A DNA stretch of 64,000 nucleotides, taken from Eledone cirrhosa. Taxonomy: Eukaryota. Below the pieces are notes generated by a model. The model worked only from the letters and a program-made list of their open reading frames with translations, made no database searches and was not told where the DNA came from. Position numbers and translations under genes: made by a program. Positions within the stretch are counted from its first letter, which is position 1, and every line of letters begins with the position of its first letter. The stretch lies in contig OZ024740.1 in assembly GCA_964016885.1 (NCBI GenBank), positions 292,826,001-292,890,000 on the forward strand. The letters are read 5' to 3'. Shown one piece after another: positions 39,683-52,477 of this stretch.

Positions 39683-40416
39683 TGTTTCTTTTATTTGCCA
39701 CCAGGGCATCAAAAGTGGGACAAGTACAATGGGGGGAGTTTACAAAACAAGGCGTCCTCAATAAGGAGGAGGCAATAACAATATATAAAAATAAAATAAA
39801 ATATAACAAAAAATAAAATTTATAACAAAGTCCTCAATAGAGAGGAGGAGCCTTGTGTGTGTGTGTGTGGGGGGGGTCGCACCCCCCCGACAAAAAGTGC
39901 GCAACCCTTCTCCTCAGGAGCACAGAGAAGGGGTGCTCCCTTGGCCTTTCATCTTCCTCACCTATAGTCTGATGTAGAGTGAAGGCCCATTCACATGGGC
40001 CATTCTCGCCACTTTCACCCATCTTTCATAAAAACGGCTGGGGTGCAGCACCTCTCTCTCCATCCTGATCCTTCTTCCGAAATGATATCGGAAGAATCGG
40101 ACCAGTTGTTGGCCAGAGAGAAAGGTGTCTGATCTCAGTCCTTTCAGACGCGTCCACCATACAACCTCTTTCGCCATGGCTATTACGCACAGAAACACCG
40201 CCTCTTCTTCGTTTTTGAAGAGGGGAGGCGGCTTGATCGTTACAATAGACTCGGTGGTCAACCGGATCGGTCCCACCCTTGACAGCAGTTGTTCGACATA
40301 GCCCCACAGATCGGCAATGCCCGAGCAGTGTACCAATGCGTGTGCAACGGTTTCCTCGTCGCACACGCATCTGGGACAGATCTTTTTCGATGGGTCCCTA
40401 CCCGGGCGCCCGTGTC
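39683..40416 (-). mobile_element. 5'-truncated Tx1-like copy with 13-bp TSD
   Basis: ORF2 C-terminus and 3' UTR. tcattacattata at 39670-39682 and 40415-40427. Confidence 0.88.
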
Positions 40417-40557
40417 ATTACATTATAGGGGATTAATGTGAGTCTTTAACTCCGTTTTTTAATTATATATATATATATATATAGTATTTCTCTTAGAATC
40501 TCCCGCCTATCGTCTGACTCTGAGATTTTCAGTGAACATGCTGAATACTATAATAAT

Positions 40558-40757
40558 TGTTTCTACGTTAGGCACAAGGCCAGCAATTACCCAGTACATT
40601 ACTGGTACTTTATTTTATCGACCCCGTAAGGATGAAAGGCAAAGTTAACTTCGGCGGGATTTGAACTCAGAATGGCAAGGGCCGTAACTCTATACGTCAA
40701 AGCATGGCGTCCGACCCTCTACCAATACTGCCAATCCACCGCCTTCTATAATCCACC
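40558..40757 (-). mobile_element. Full-length tRNA-derived Meta-like SINE nested in the PLE, 18-bp TSD
   Basis: A-box tggcagtattgg, B-box gagttcaaatccc. TSD gctgaatactataataat at 40540-40557 and 40758-40775. Removing it restores the PLE frame. Confidence 0.88.
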
Positions 40758-42225
40758 GCTGAATACTATAATAATGCATTAAGGAATGCCGACCACCGAG
40801 ATACAATAGAATACATTGATAAGAATCTCCATAACACACATAGCTCTACACGAAATCAAAGAATACGTAACAGGGGTACTGAAATACAAGCGCACACACG
40901 CAGTACCACCAGACATACTCATAATAGAAAATCATCACCAAATAAATCACGTTGTAGAAAGTATATCTGGTATAATCCCATTTTTAATGCTTCGATTAGT
41001 ACAAAACTATCTCTTTCATTCTTTAAGTTAATCAACAAGCATTTCCCTAGTTCCCATAAATACAGTAAAATTCTGAACTCTAAAACTATTAAACTATCAT
41101 ACTCCACGGCACCAAACCGTGAAGCATACATAAAAAACTTAACTTAAAGCAATTAAACAACACTAGAAAACAAAATATTTTAATAACAGATGAGCATAAC
41201 GTAATATCGGCATCCCAACCACTAAATGGGAGGCGGGTATTACACAACCCACCTATACTGCTATCCCAACCTATCCATGGTATACCCGCAACCCACAACA
41301 AAAAATGTAACTGCCACCTACCTGAAAGATGTCCATTGAAGAATAAATGCCTGAAGTCCAACATTGTTTACCAAAGCACTGTTGAATCGAACGACCAGAA
41401 ATGGTATTACATCGGGTCTACCACTACCTCCTTTAAATCTAGCTGGTATCGTCATCGATTCTCAATTAAACATCCTAATCACCGTTTTGTGACCACGCTC
41501 GCCAACAAGACATGGCAACTCCGTGAACGCAACCAACAGTTCACCTTGAAATGGGATATACTTTCCAGCGCTGGTACATATCAGAGTGGATTGAAGTACT
41601 GTAGGTTATGTAACCTTGAACTCTTTTACATCTTAAAATCCAAAAATAAATGACTAAATGATAGAATCGAACGATCATTATACTGCAACCACAAACTGAA
41701 GGCTAAATTCTCCTACTATAAAATAATTTAACATTCGAACCCGTAACTATAACATTGCTTTCCAGCCAACCACTTTCTCTTCCCCCACACTACAAGACAA
41801 CACCCTGCTTATCACTATAAATGGAAACTTAGTGCAATTTGTAGCCTACTACTATGAACTCAATGTACGCCCATCCCATAGCTTTCGTCTGTCCCCTCTC
41901 TATCTCTCCCTCTCTCTCCATTGCCCCTCTCTCTCTCTCGCCCTAGGTCCCCCCCTACCTCTCCACATCTATGAACCTGCCCTCTGTGGCAATAAATAAT
42001 TCCAACCGTGACTATCAACGCATCGCTTAAGGTGGTCGCTTTAAGAATAACCAGTATAATAAAACCCCTACCACAACATTTTGATTAAGATATCTACAAA
42101 CCACTCTCTCGCATTTCTCCAACCCCTGCATCTCTCTCTCCCCCCCTCTCTCTCTCTCTCTTCATTTTCTACTCTATCTTCCCCAATAACCTCACTTAAG
42201 GGTATTTACACTTTACATTTTAACC

Positions 42226-42349
42226 ATTCTGCTCTGATGATACAGTGGTCACAGCATTTGATAATTGAGTTTTGCAAATAGTTATAAATTTGCACATACC
42301 ATAACTAGGCTGTATAACCACCGTGGAAACATTTGTAAGCACACAGAAT
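42226..42349 (+). ncRNA. Type I hammerhead ribozyme motif with ~85-nt stem II insertion
   Basis: attctgct-CTGATGA(42234)-tacagtggtcacagc...gctgtataaccaccgtg-GAAA(42326)-cattt-GTA-agca(cac)agaat. Confidence 0.75.
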
Positions 42350-42532
42350 AAATTACGTTTTATGATGTCTACCTGTTATTATTCATTCTTTATCTACACT
42401 CCGGAATACAGAAGGATCAGGAACTGAGTTTCTTCAACTATTCTTCCATAACTCGTTGAGTAACCTCTCACCGTACGTCAACTCTATCCAGTGTAGTAAT
42501 TAACCATTACTGCATCCAGGATAATCCTATAC

Positions 42533-42591
<59 letters not shown>

Positions 42592-42597
<6 letters not shown>

Positions 42598-44588
42598 TTC
42601 AAGAGTAACCAATCTTAAAGAGAGAGATGGAGATAGTAGATGAGATATGAGAGGAGAGATAGGTGAGTTAGTTAGAAGCCGGAGCGTAAAGGCATGTGCT
42701 CAATGTGCAATATGCAGTAGAACGAAGCTAGGTGGCTGGGTTCATGCAGAAGTTAGGTGCGCAGAGCTGGAAATATTCATTAGTTAAGCAAAACAAGACC
42801 ACAAACTTCACAAGGAAGACATTATTAAAAGATTGTCAACATATTTTAGTTTGATGTAAGGAATGTAGAGAATAATAATAATAATATTAATAATAATAAT
42901 GTTCGTTTACAATTGTTTCGCTACTCCATATAATATTTCTGGATCAGATGACTATATATCATAATTGATCTGGTTCAGTTGAAAATAATTAACATATTTA
43001 AAAAACAGAGTGGCTCATCGGAACTTCAAAGGAATATAAATTAAAATAATGGGATAATGTTACATAATATAATGTTCCATATATTGGTGTATACTATGGT
43101 GTCTTGGTTGCATCAGCTGTCAGCCATAATCAAGCAGTATTCATCTGTCGAGGCTGCATTGTGTGAGATCTGCCTATGGGTCATTATTATTATTAATATT
43201 ATTATTATTTGAGTCTCAGTCATTGATGTTAGTTAACTGGAAAGTTTGTTGAAATGAATATCAAGCCACTACCTGCAGCCTCAGATATTCAGGACGTATT
43301 GGAGGGTTCTTGCTGTTCCCAGCAAGCATGCCTTTTGAAGCGTTCCAAAAAGCGTGAAGGGGCCAATTTTCTTTAACCATCCCTGGAAACTTTTTGAGAT
43401 AGTCCCGAATGGGCAGGCCACATCCACAATCAGGCACGATCTTTTTTCTTTGTCCACAACCACCAGGTCAGGTCTATTGTGTTCCAGTTTCTTGTCCGTC
43501 TGTATCCTAAAATCCCACAGCACCTTTACCTGATCGTTTTCTATCACCGACTCTGGCTTATGCTCATACCACTTCTCAGAATGTGGTAAATTGTTTACTT
43601 TGCATAGGTGCCAGTGGATCACCCTGCCAATCACATCATGTCTCCAGCCCTTATAGTGAGTCTGGGCTAGGTGTTTACACTCGGATACAATGTGAGCCAC
43701 AGTCTTCTCTCTCTCTCCACAGATCCTGCACAGTGGGCTATCCTCCTCCTTGTAAATATGGTGTTTCAACCACTTCGTTTTGAGGGCCTGCTCCTGCGCA
43801 GCCATTAACATTCCTTCTGTAGCCTTTTTAAGGTCTCCTCTTTTCAACTAGTTCCATGTCTGTGGATCTCTAAATTCAGTTTTCTCAAAGAAGGTACTAT
43901 GAAGGGATTTTTCCTGAAGGCTGCTCTTTCTCCTTTATGTTATTTCCTCCTTGGACATCCCCTGGTCTATTGTCCCCTCCTTCAGTACAGTTCTGAGCAT
44001 TGGCTCCCTACTATCAGTCACGTATTTGTGTAGGTTGTTTTTCTCCAACTGAACACAGTCCTCTATGCTGATAAGACCTCTTCCACCTTCAGATCTCCTT
44101 AAGTAGAGTCTATCGACATCACTCCTCTTGTGGAACATGTTGTAGATAGTCAATAGCTTCCTAGTCTTCCTATCCATTTCTTTTTGATCAGCAACATTCC
44201 ATCTCAGAATTCCCGCACTGTACCTAATAATAGACACAGCTCGGGAATTTACTGCACTTATGGCATTCCTACTGTTCAGATGTGACTTTAATACGCTCCT
44301 TACTCTCCGAATGTATTCAGTTCTTATCAATTCCTTCATTTTTTTGTTCTTGATGTCATCAGCCTCCAGAACACCTACATACTTGTATCCTTCTTCAGAG
44401 TCAATTTCCTTTATCATCTCACCTCTTGGTACCTGGAATATTATTATTATTATTAATATTATTATTATTATTAATATTATTAATATTATTCTCTACATTC
44501 CTTACATCAAACTAAAATATGTTGACAATCTTTTAATAAATGTTTTCCTTGTGAAGTTTGTGGTCTTGTTTTGCTTAACTAATGAATA
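42592..44588 (-). mobile_element. Fold-back element in (TA)n whose interior carries a Dong-like LINE
   Basis: Arms about 42773-42900 / 44460-44588, tail 42592-42772. Confidence 0.65.
43211..44437 (-). mobile_element. 5'-truncated R4/Dong-clade LINE in (TAA)n
   Basis: YKYVGVLE, GGRGLIS, TEGMLMAAQEQAL, CRIC....TVAHIVSEC, RHD, HNRPDLVVVD....LIVDVACP (restriction-like endonuclease), LQKACLLGT. (TTA)n on both sides. Confidence 0.85.
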
Positions 44589-44870
44589 TATATATATATA
44601 TATTTACATATATATATATACTGTACCGATTGTGTTGTTATTTCTGTTTATCTTTTATATACATATATATATATATGTGTGTGTGTGTTTGTATGTGTGC
44701 GCGCGTGCGTGAGTGTGCATCCCGGGTTCCTGTAGAAGGAAGGGGGGGGGGGGGGGTAACCGCAGTAAGTAAGGTACTCAATACATAGCAGAGTATAAAT
44801 AATTAATATAGAAATGGGTTTTACAGGACTATAAATGTTTCATTCGAAGGAAATCATCATATATATATAT

Positions 44871-45177
44871 GAAAAGATTCAAGACCCCGGTGGCTGAGCT
44901 CCGGTCGTTTCGACAGCGAGATCCGAACTCTAGCAGTCGAAACGGCCGGCACTCAGCCGTCGAGTCTTGAATCTTTTCATATTACCCACTCTAATACTCC
45001 CAGTATCGAGTACTCTGGCGGGTTATTGTCTAGCTGGTTTTTACCACACCCTAAGGCATACATATATATATATATGAAAGAGTCAGGATCCCGACGGTTG
45101 AGCTCTTGCCGTTTCAACAACTAGTTCCTGACTCTAATCTGGAACTAGCTGTTGAAACCATACTCTACTACCCCAAG
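44871..45177 (+). mobile_element. Two adjacent family A fold-back elements (44871-45057 and 45075-45177)
   Basis: Same arm start (gaaaagattcaag / gaaagagtcagg) and tail as 7497 and 34428. The second is internally deleted. Confidence 0.7.
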
Positions 45178-45200
45178 ATATATATATATATATATATATG

Positions 45201-45683
45201 GTAAATTTCTTTAAGCCGTTTGGAAGCCTCGACAATGAAAATGGGTAAATCTCCGGGTAACAAGATTCGGTGGTGAAGAGAGAGATGTAAGTGGGTGTAC
45301 GTTGAGATGCACGTTACAGATATTCAAAACAACGAACAGCGGAGGACGCGTTTCGCACTTTTCCGACAGACAACCTTTCCCCCACCCCGGAAAAAACCCC
45401 CAGTTTATGGATGTGAATCCGAAATATATAGGGATAATTAAATCTCTCCCAAGGTAACTCTCTCTCGTGTTATTTTTATTTTATCCTTTATTCTCTTTCC
45501 TTCATTCCTCTACACGTCTTATACACGCCACGCATATCAACGTACACCCATTTACATCTCTCTCTCCACCACCGGATCTTGTTACCCGGAGATTTACCCA
45601 TTTGCATTGTCGAGGCTTCCAAACGACTTAAAGAAATTTAGCTTATTATTCCACAATGCTTCAAGCAAACTTCAATACTCTCT
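45201..45683 (+). mobile_element. Fold-back element in (TA)n
   Basis: ~108-bp arms 45201-45310 / 45532-45640, ~220-nt spacer with a GAAACGCGTC half-hammerhead on minus, and ~43-nt tail. Confidence 0.65.
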
Positions 45684-46499
45684 TATATATATATTCATAC
45701 ACATACATGCTAGCAGAATATCTGAGGTTAGCCGGGATGAAAATTAGGTGTAAATGTACAAAAATTGTTCTTCATTCATGAAAGTATATACAGTTTAATA
45801 TAACATAACTGGATTTGTCTTGGAAAATTAAAGTTCATTTAAGAAATTATTTTTTTAATGAACTGCTTATAATATTCATGTGTGTAATGTTCTGAGCTAC
45901 AGATATGGCTTCAAGATGAATAGTATAGTTCATAGTTTTGTTGTATAAATGGCATAGAGCTAATTCATGCATATTAAATATGCATGATCACACAACTCCC
46001 GAGAGAATTGTCGGGGCATCAATTTGACAAACGACGTTGGTAGGGTACTTTTAAAACTGGCGGAGCCAATCCTATCCTGGTCTGAATGCAGTAGATTTCT
46101 TCCAGAGAAAGAAAGAGAGTGGGGGAATGGAAGTGATAAAAATATATAGAGGAAGGAACGACCCCAGTACTATACTGGCACTTTTTTATCCTCGAATAAA
46201 GTAAAGGTAAAATTGACCTCGGCGGGATTTAAACTCAGATAGGACAGAGCCGAAACGAATACCCCAAAGCATTATATTCGACGTTCTAACGACTCTGTCA
46301 ATTCGCCGCCATTAAATATGAACACAAGATAAAGTGAAAGAGAAAACAGCTTTAATTAGTTCGAATTTCTTACTGCACATATTTGTCTCTTTTCTTGAAA
46401 TAATTTAATTCTTAAATGTCTTATAAAAGTTAGTAGAAACCAATGATTTGTGGAAATTAGAGTGCCTAGAGATAACCTGTTACATCCAAATATTGGAAA

Positions 46500-46793
46500 T
46501 GGTCGATACTCAGACCTAGTGATGCATTGTGCGCTTCAGCAAGACACTTTATTTCATGTTGTTCCAGTCCATTCAGCTGTAGAAATGAGTTACAACGTCT
46601 CTGGTGCCAAGTTGTATCGGCCTTTGCCTTTCCTTGGACAACATCGGTGGCGTGGGGAGGGGATACTGGTATGGATGAGTGACTGCTGGTCTTCCACGAA
46701 CAAACTTGCCTGGACCTATGCCTTACAGGAGAACTTTCAAGGTGAAAATCCCATGGTCATTCGTGACCGAAGGGGGGTCTTTACCTTTTAACC
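46500..46793 (+). mobile_element. CORE-type SINE
   Basis: agcaagacactttatttcatgttgttccagtccattcagctgtagaaatgagt. Ends at (TCTA)n. Confidence 0.6.
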
Positions 46794-46835
<42 letters not shown>

Positions 46836-46838
<3 letters not shown>

Positions 46839-48608
46839 AAGGTGAACGGCTACCTCACGGAGCCGTTCCATATCACGCGATCCATCCGACAGGGATGCCC
46901 TCTCTCCTCCCTTCTGTACGTACTGACGCTCGAGCCACAACTGCAGAAGTTGGAGCTATTGCAGGGCATCCCTTTGGAACCGGGACTGCGAAAAGCGGCG
47001 TGACAGTGGTGGTGTCGAGCACCTCGCAAATCGGGGAGATCGCACCTTACTGGAGGAATACGAAAGGTTCACAGGAGCGAAGCTGAACGGGGACAAATCC
47101 GTCGGTTTTCAACTCAGAACGTGGAGAGGCAAACCGATGCCTTCCGATGACGTCGTCGGACGCTGGACGGAAGGACCGGTAAAGCTGCTCGGGGTCTGGT
47201 TTGATCCTGACCTCCAGGTGGAGAAGAACTGGAACGAGGTGACGGCCAAGGTGTTTGCACTCACCCAGAAGTGGGCCGAGTGCAAACTATCCTTGAAAGG
47301 TCGAGCGGAGGTGGCGAACACTTTTATAGCGTCCGCCATCTACTACCGCTTGACCGTCGTGCCTTGTCCAGCCAAAACGCTCGCCAAAATGGAGCGCGCC
47401 CTCTTCCGATTCCTTTGGAAGAGGCGGGCTCCTTTGGTAAGAAGATCCATCTGCTGCCAACACCCTTCTAACGGAGGGCTGGGGATGCCGTGGTTGACGA
47501 TGCGCAAACACGCGCTCAGGCTGCGGCATCTCTACGTATTCCTCACCGGACAACCGGTGTGGGCCCCGTTCGTGAGGCGAGCCTTCCCACGACTCGTCTC
47601 GCTGACCGAGCTGCAGTCCTGGGTCAAGCAGAGACCGAGGAAAATGGGCGACTGGCACATCGAATGTGCTCAGGCGCTCACAGCCCTCTGGCAGGCGGAC
47701 CCGGCGATCAGTGGAGACTCCACTTCGTCATTCTATAGAGGGTTGGTCCGCAGCAAGTGCGACGACGCGCTCGGTGAAACTCTAGGCGTGGAGGAAGATG
47801 AACTGGCCAGTCTGTTCGGTAGGACCTTCCGCCCGGGACCGATGGACAACTTCCAAAAGTCCCTGGCCTGGCAGTGCTACCGAGGAGCTCTACCAGTTCG
47901 AGACAAGCTCTACAGACATGGGCGCCCGGGCAGGGACCCTGCAAAAAAGATCTGTCCGAGGTGCGTGCGAGACGAAGAAACCGTCGCGCACGCATTCATA
48001 CACTGCCCGGGCGTCACTGACCTGTGGGGCTATGTAGAACGACTATTGTCGCGGGTGGGACCAATCCAGTTGACCACCGAGTCCATTGTCATGATCAAAC
48101 CGCCACCCTCCTTCAAAAACGAAGGAGAGGCGGTTTTCCTTTGTGTGATAGCTATGGCGAAAGAGGTTGTATGGTGGACAAGGTTGAAAGGGCTGAGGTC
48201 AGACACCTTTCTCTCCGGCCAACAACTGATTCTTTTTTTCAAATACCACTTTGGAAGAAGAATCAGGATGGAGAGAGAGGTGCTGTACCCCAGCAAGTTT
48301 TATGAAAGGTGGGTGAAAGTGGCGAGAATGGCCCGAGTGAATGGGCCTTCTCTCTATATCAGCCTGTAGGTTGAGGAAAAGGAGGAGGAGAGGAAAGGAG
48401 TACAAGCTCTTCGTACTCCTGGAGATGAGGGTTGCACATTTTTTTCGGGGGTCTGTGTTACCCATATAAACTGTCTCCCTCTATTGGGGAAAATCGACTA
48501 ACTTTTAAATTCCATCTGTGATAACATTTTACACGTTTTTATTGTATGTAAACTTCCCCCTTTGTATTTGTCCCCTTCTTTTGTGCCCCTGTGGCTAATA
48601 AAGAAATA
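46836..48608 (+). mobile_element. 5'-truncated Tx1-like copy A
   Basis: RT C-terminal half to 3' UTR (ORF 47137..48369). YADD segment deleted. Confidence 0.9.
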
Positions 48609-48613
48609 TATCT

Positions 48614-50380
48614 ATCAAGGTGAACGGCTACCTCACGGAGCCGTTCCATATCACGCGATCCATCCGACAGGGATGCCCTCTCTCCTCCCTTCTGTACGTA
48701 CTGACGCTCGAGCCACAACTGCAGAAGTTGGAGCTATTGCAGGGCATCCCTTTGGAACCGGGACTGCGAAAAGCGGCGTGACAGTGGTGGTGTCGAGCAC
48801 CTCGCAAATCGGGGAGATCGCACCTTACTGGAGGAATACGAAAGGTTCACAGGAGCGAAGCTGAACGGGGACAAATCCGTCGGTTTTCAACTCAGAACGT
48901 GGAGAGGCAAACCGATGCCTTCCGATGACGTCGTCGGACGCTGGACGGAAGGACCGGTAAAGCTGCTCGGGGTCTGGTTTGATCCTGACCTCCAGGTGGA
49001 GAAGAACTGGAACGAGGTGACGGCCAAGGTGTTTGCGCTCACCCAGAAGTGGGCCGAGTGCAAACTATCCTTGAAAGGTCGAGCGGAGGTGGCGAACACT
49101 TTTATAGCGTCCGTCATCTACTATCGCTTGACCGTTGTGCCTTGTCCAGCCAAAACGCTCACCAAAATGGAGCGCGCGCTCTTCCAATTCCTTTGGAAGA
49201 AACGGGCTCCTTTGGTCAGAAGATCCATCTGCTGCCAACGCCCTTCAAACGGAGGGCTGGGGTTGCCGTGGTTGACGATGCGCAAACATAACGCTCAGGC
49301 TGTGGCACCTCCGGGTATTCCTCACCAGACAACCGGTGTGGGCCCCGTTCGTGAGGCGAGCCTTCCCACGACTCGTCTCGCTGACCGAGCTGCAGTCCTG
49401 GGTCAAGCAAAGACCGAGGAAAATGGGCGACTGGCACATCGAATGTGCTCAGGCGCTCACAGTCCTCTGGCAAACGGACCCGGCGATCAGTGGTGACTCC
49501 ACTTCGACATTCTATAGAGGGTTGGTCCGCAGCAAGTGCGACAACACGCTCGGAGAAACTCTAGGCGTAGAGGAGGACGAACCGGCCAGTCTGTTCGGTA
49601 GGACCTTCCGCCCGGGACCAATGGACAACTTCCAAAAGTCCCTGGCCTGGCAGTGCTACCGAGGAGCTCTACCAGTTCGAGACAAGCTCTACAGACACGG
49701 GCGCCCGGATAGGGACCCTTCGAAAAAGATCTGTCCGAGATGCGTGCGCCACGAGGAAACTATCGCACACGCATTTGTACACTGCCCGGGCGTTATCGAC
49801 CTGTGGGGCTATGTAGAACGACTATTGTCGCGGGTGGGACCAATCTAGTTTACCACCGAGTCCATTGTCATGACCAAACCGCCACCTTCCTTCAAAAACG
49901 AGGGAGAGGCAGTTTTCCTATATGTTATGGCTATGGTGAAAGAGGTTATATGGTGGACGAGGTTAAAAGGGCTGAGGTCAGACACCTTTCTCTCCGGCGA
50001 GCAACTGATTCGTTTTTACAAATATCATTTTGGAAGAAGAATCAGGATGGAGAGAGAGGTTCTGTACCCCAGCAAATTTTATAAAAGGTGGGTGAATGTG
50101 GCAAAGATGGCCCGAGTGGTTGGGCCTTCTCTCTATATAAGCCTGTAGGTTGAGGAAAAAGAGGAAGAGAGGAAGGGAGTACTCACTCTTGGTGCTCCTG
50201 GAGATGAGGGTTGTACATTTTTTCGGGGTGTGTACAACCCCTGTGTAACACCTCCCCCCTATTGGGGATTTCAATTGTTATTTGTTATTGTATTAATAGT
50301 TTTATTTTCATATACCTGTATGTAAACTCCCCATTTGCATTTGTCCCCTTCTTTTGTGCCCTTGTGGTTAATAAAGAAAT
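48614..50380 (+). mobile_element. 5'-truncated Tx1-like copy B
   Basis: Same 5' breakpoint as copy A, different 3' UTR, followed by (TATC)n. Confidence 0.9.
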
Positions 50381-50961
50381 TTATCTATCTATCTATCTAC
50401 ACACATATATATATATATATATACATTATACAACCAAAAGGACAGTGTCAAAGATACACTCACTCTCGTTCCCAGCCATGCATTGACAAAAATAAAATTT
50501 ATAATGTAGGAAAGCACAAAAAGTATGTAGGCAAATAGTTAGATACGGGGTAAGCACATAGGTTTATAATTTAGTTGGTTAGATAGATAGATAACTCCAA
50601 AAAATAAAAAAAATGAAAAGCCATATTTAGACATACACAGTTAAAGCGATAATATTTAATATGCTAAGTAAATAATTACTATGGCGATAACGATATTTTG
50701 TCTCAATTTTATTCTGTATTACGTTATATATCTAGACATTTTAGCCAAAACTGTATGTAATAGATTGATTTAAATATCTTGTCTATATACGATATTGCTG
50801 AGGACAGAAAAAATAAGATCAGTGGGACTAGCTTAAATAATCATCAGCCGTGTAGCCACTTTAACTGTCCGCAGAGAAACTACTTAAACGCCCACTATTA
50901 CTAAAGGCCTTAAGCAAATTGGGTAAAGTAATTTTCATATTAGATTGACTAATAAATTATT

Positions 50962-51057
50962 TGTTTCTACTTTAGGCACAATGCCAGCAATTACCCAGTG
51001 CATTACTGGTACTTTATTTTATCGACCCCGTAAGGATGAAAGGCAAAGTCAACCTCG
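50962..51057 (-). mobile_element. 5'-truncated Meta-like SINE with 17-bp TSD
   Basis: ttgactaataaattatt at 50945-50961 and 51058-51074. Older copies at about 27340-27490, 46160-46310, 51165-51310, 62270-62420 and 63440-63545. Confidence 0.8.
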
Positions 51058-51745
51058 TTGACTAATAAATTATTGGTCTCTTAATAGTTTCTGATTTCAC
51101 TGTTATTCTGCTCTACGGAGTATGCGTGTAAATCTCTTTAACACTATGGAATGGACAGATTTAGGGCGAAGAATTGGCAGAGTCGTTAGAACGTCTAATA
51201 GACTCTTTGTGATGTTCGTTCCGGCTCTCTGTTCTCTCTGTTCAAATCTTGTCGAGGTCAACTTTGCTTTTCATCCTTTCGAAGTTGATAAAAATGTACT
51301 AGTCTAGTACTTGAATTGATCAGTTGATCTCTCCTCTATATCTATCTCTTACTTTCTATCCCTTTTTTGAAGAACCAGGAGAGCGTTTAAAATGCTTAAG
51401 AAATGCTATTACGGCGCCCCTACGAACCAATAAAAAGTAAAGAAAGAATAGACAGATATAAACACCTTGTTTTTATGTGATATATTCATGGACAGAAGAA
51501 CCAGCTGAATTAGTTTCAATTCTATGTAGTGATGTCTTCAATTATATTCTGTACTACAGAATGTATCTAAATTTTTGTCAATACATAACATAAACAGATA
51601 TAAACACTTTGTCTTACTATATAATATCTTTGTGGACAGCAAAAAGGGAATCAGCTGGACTAGTTTCAATCCTATTCAATTTACTTAAGCCCTTAGAAAT
51701 ATTGGGTTTATAAACAATCTTTCTGTTTTAAGTTAAAGATACTAT

Positions 51746-51793
51746 TCAGTCACTGATGAAATCTTGGTACAGGATAGAAACTAGTTTGCCTGA
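51746..51793 (+). ncRNA. Minimal type I hammerhead motif
   Basis: tcagtca-CTGATGA-aatcttggtacaggata-GAAA-ctag-TT-tgcctga. Palindromic stem III ACTAGT. Confidence 0.65.
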
Positions 51794-52149
51794 TACTCTC
51801 AGATCCCCAATAATAGGGTGGTGGTGTATAAGCGGGGGTTGGAATAAGTGGAAGGGATTGGAAAGTCGGTAATTTTTCTAGGTTGTCTCCGTTGATTGTT
51901 TTAAAAACCAGGATTAGTCGATTAGGTTACATATTGAGACTCCAACCCATCCTATTTATTTTATAAGGTATGGGATTACTAGTAATGTACTTTGTTGTCA
52001 TGTATAATGTTTTTAATGTATAAAGAAAATTAAAATAAAATTTCGCCGAGGAAGGGGGATTAAAATAAGGTAGGTCGTGGGGGTTGGAAACAATCCGAAA
52101 AATTAATAAACTGGGGTGTGGTTGGGCGATTATTCGAGACCCGAGTTTA
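51794..52149. mobile_element. Old MITE-like element, with a relative at about 60279-60602
   Basis: Imperfect TIRs tactctcagatccccaataat / attattcgagacccgagttta. Shared internal ataaaatttcgccg and gaaaaattaataa blocks. Confidence 0.5.
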
Positions 52150-52210
52150 CTTCTTTTTCTGTTTCCGAAGATATTGAATCTAGAGTAAAAAAATATGCAT
52201 TTGTCTATAT

Positions 52211-52477
52211 CAGGGGTGTGCAACATATTCCATTGGTGAGTCATAAATACATGGTGAATACATTTTTAAACAATAAAGACAAATAAAATATAATTTAGTT
52301 TTATTAATGTGAGACTTAGAATTTGGTATAGGTCAACTAACAGAAAATTGTATTACGGTTACGAAAAAAATTCTAAATAAGCCTACAGGGTAAAAATTAA
52401 AAACGGTCGTCGCAGGCCACTATGACTGGTGTGGCGGGCCGGATTATCGCCCGCGGGCCGCCTGTTGCACGCCCCTA
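52211..52477. mobile_element. hAT (Charlie-like) MITE with 8-bp TSD
   Basis: TIRs caggggtgtgcaac / gttgcacgccccta. TSD gtctatat at 52203-52210 and 52478-52485. Subterminal gcgggccg repeats. Confidence 0.85.

Larger units (their letters stand above)
40481..42535 (+). mobile_element. Penelope-like element (Naiad-type), 5'-truncated, between (TA)n tracts
   Basis: Broken frames encode SISLRISRLSS..EIF, IWYNP.F, KHFP..HK..KI.N.KTIKLSYS, CNC.....CPL...CL..NIVYQ..V...YYIGST...CRLC.LE. The 3' UTR contains a hammerhead. Confidence 0.8.

Noticed and set aside
40660-40745. tRNA gene suggested by A and B boxes
   Set aside because: No cloverleaf. It is the head of a SINE with a TSD.
41651-41653. In-frame TGA in the Naiad-type ORF as possible selenocysteine (frame continues LNDRIERSLYCNHK)
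   Set aside because: Not at a conserved Cys position, the copy has other lesions, and no SECIS was recognised. More likely decay.
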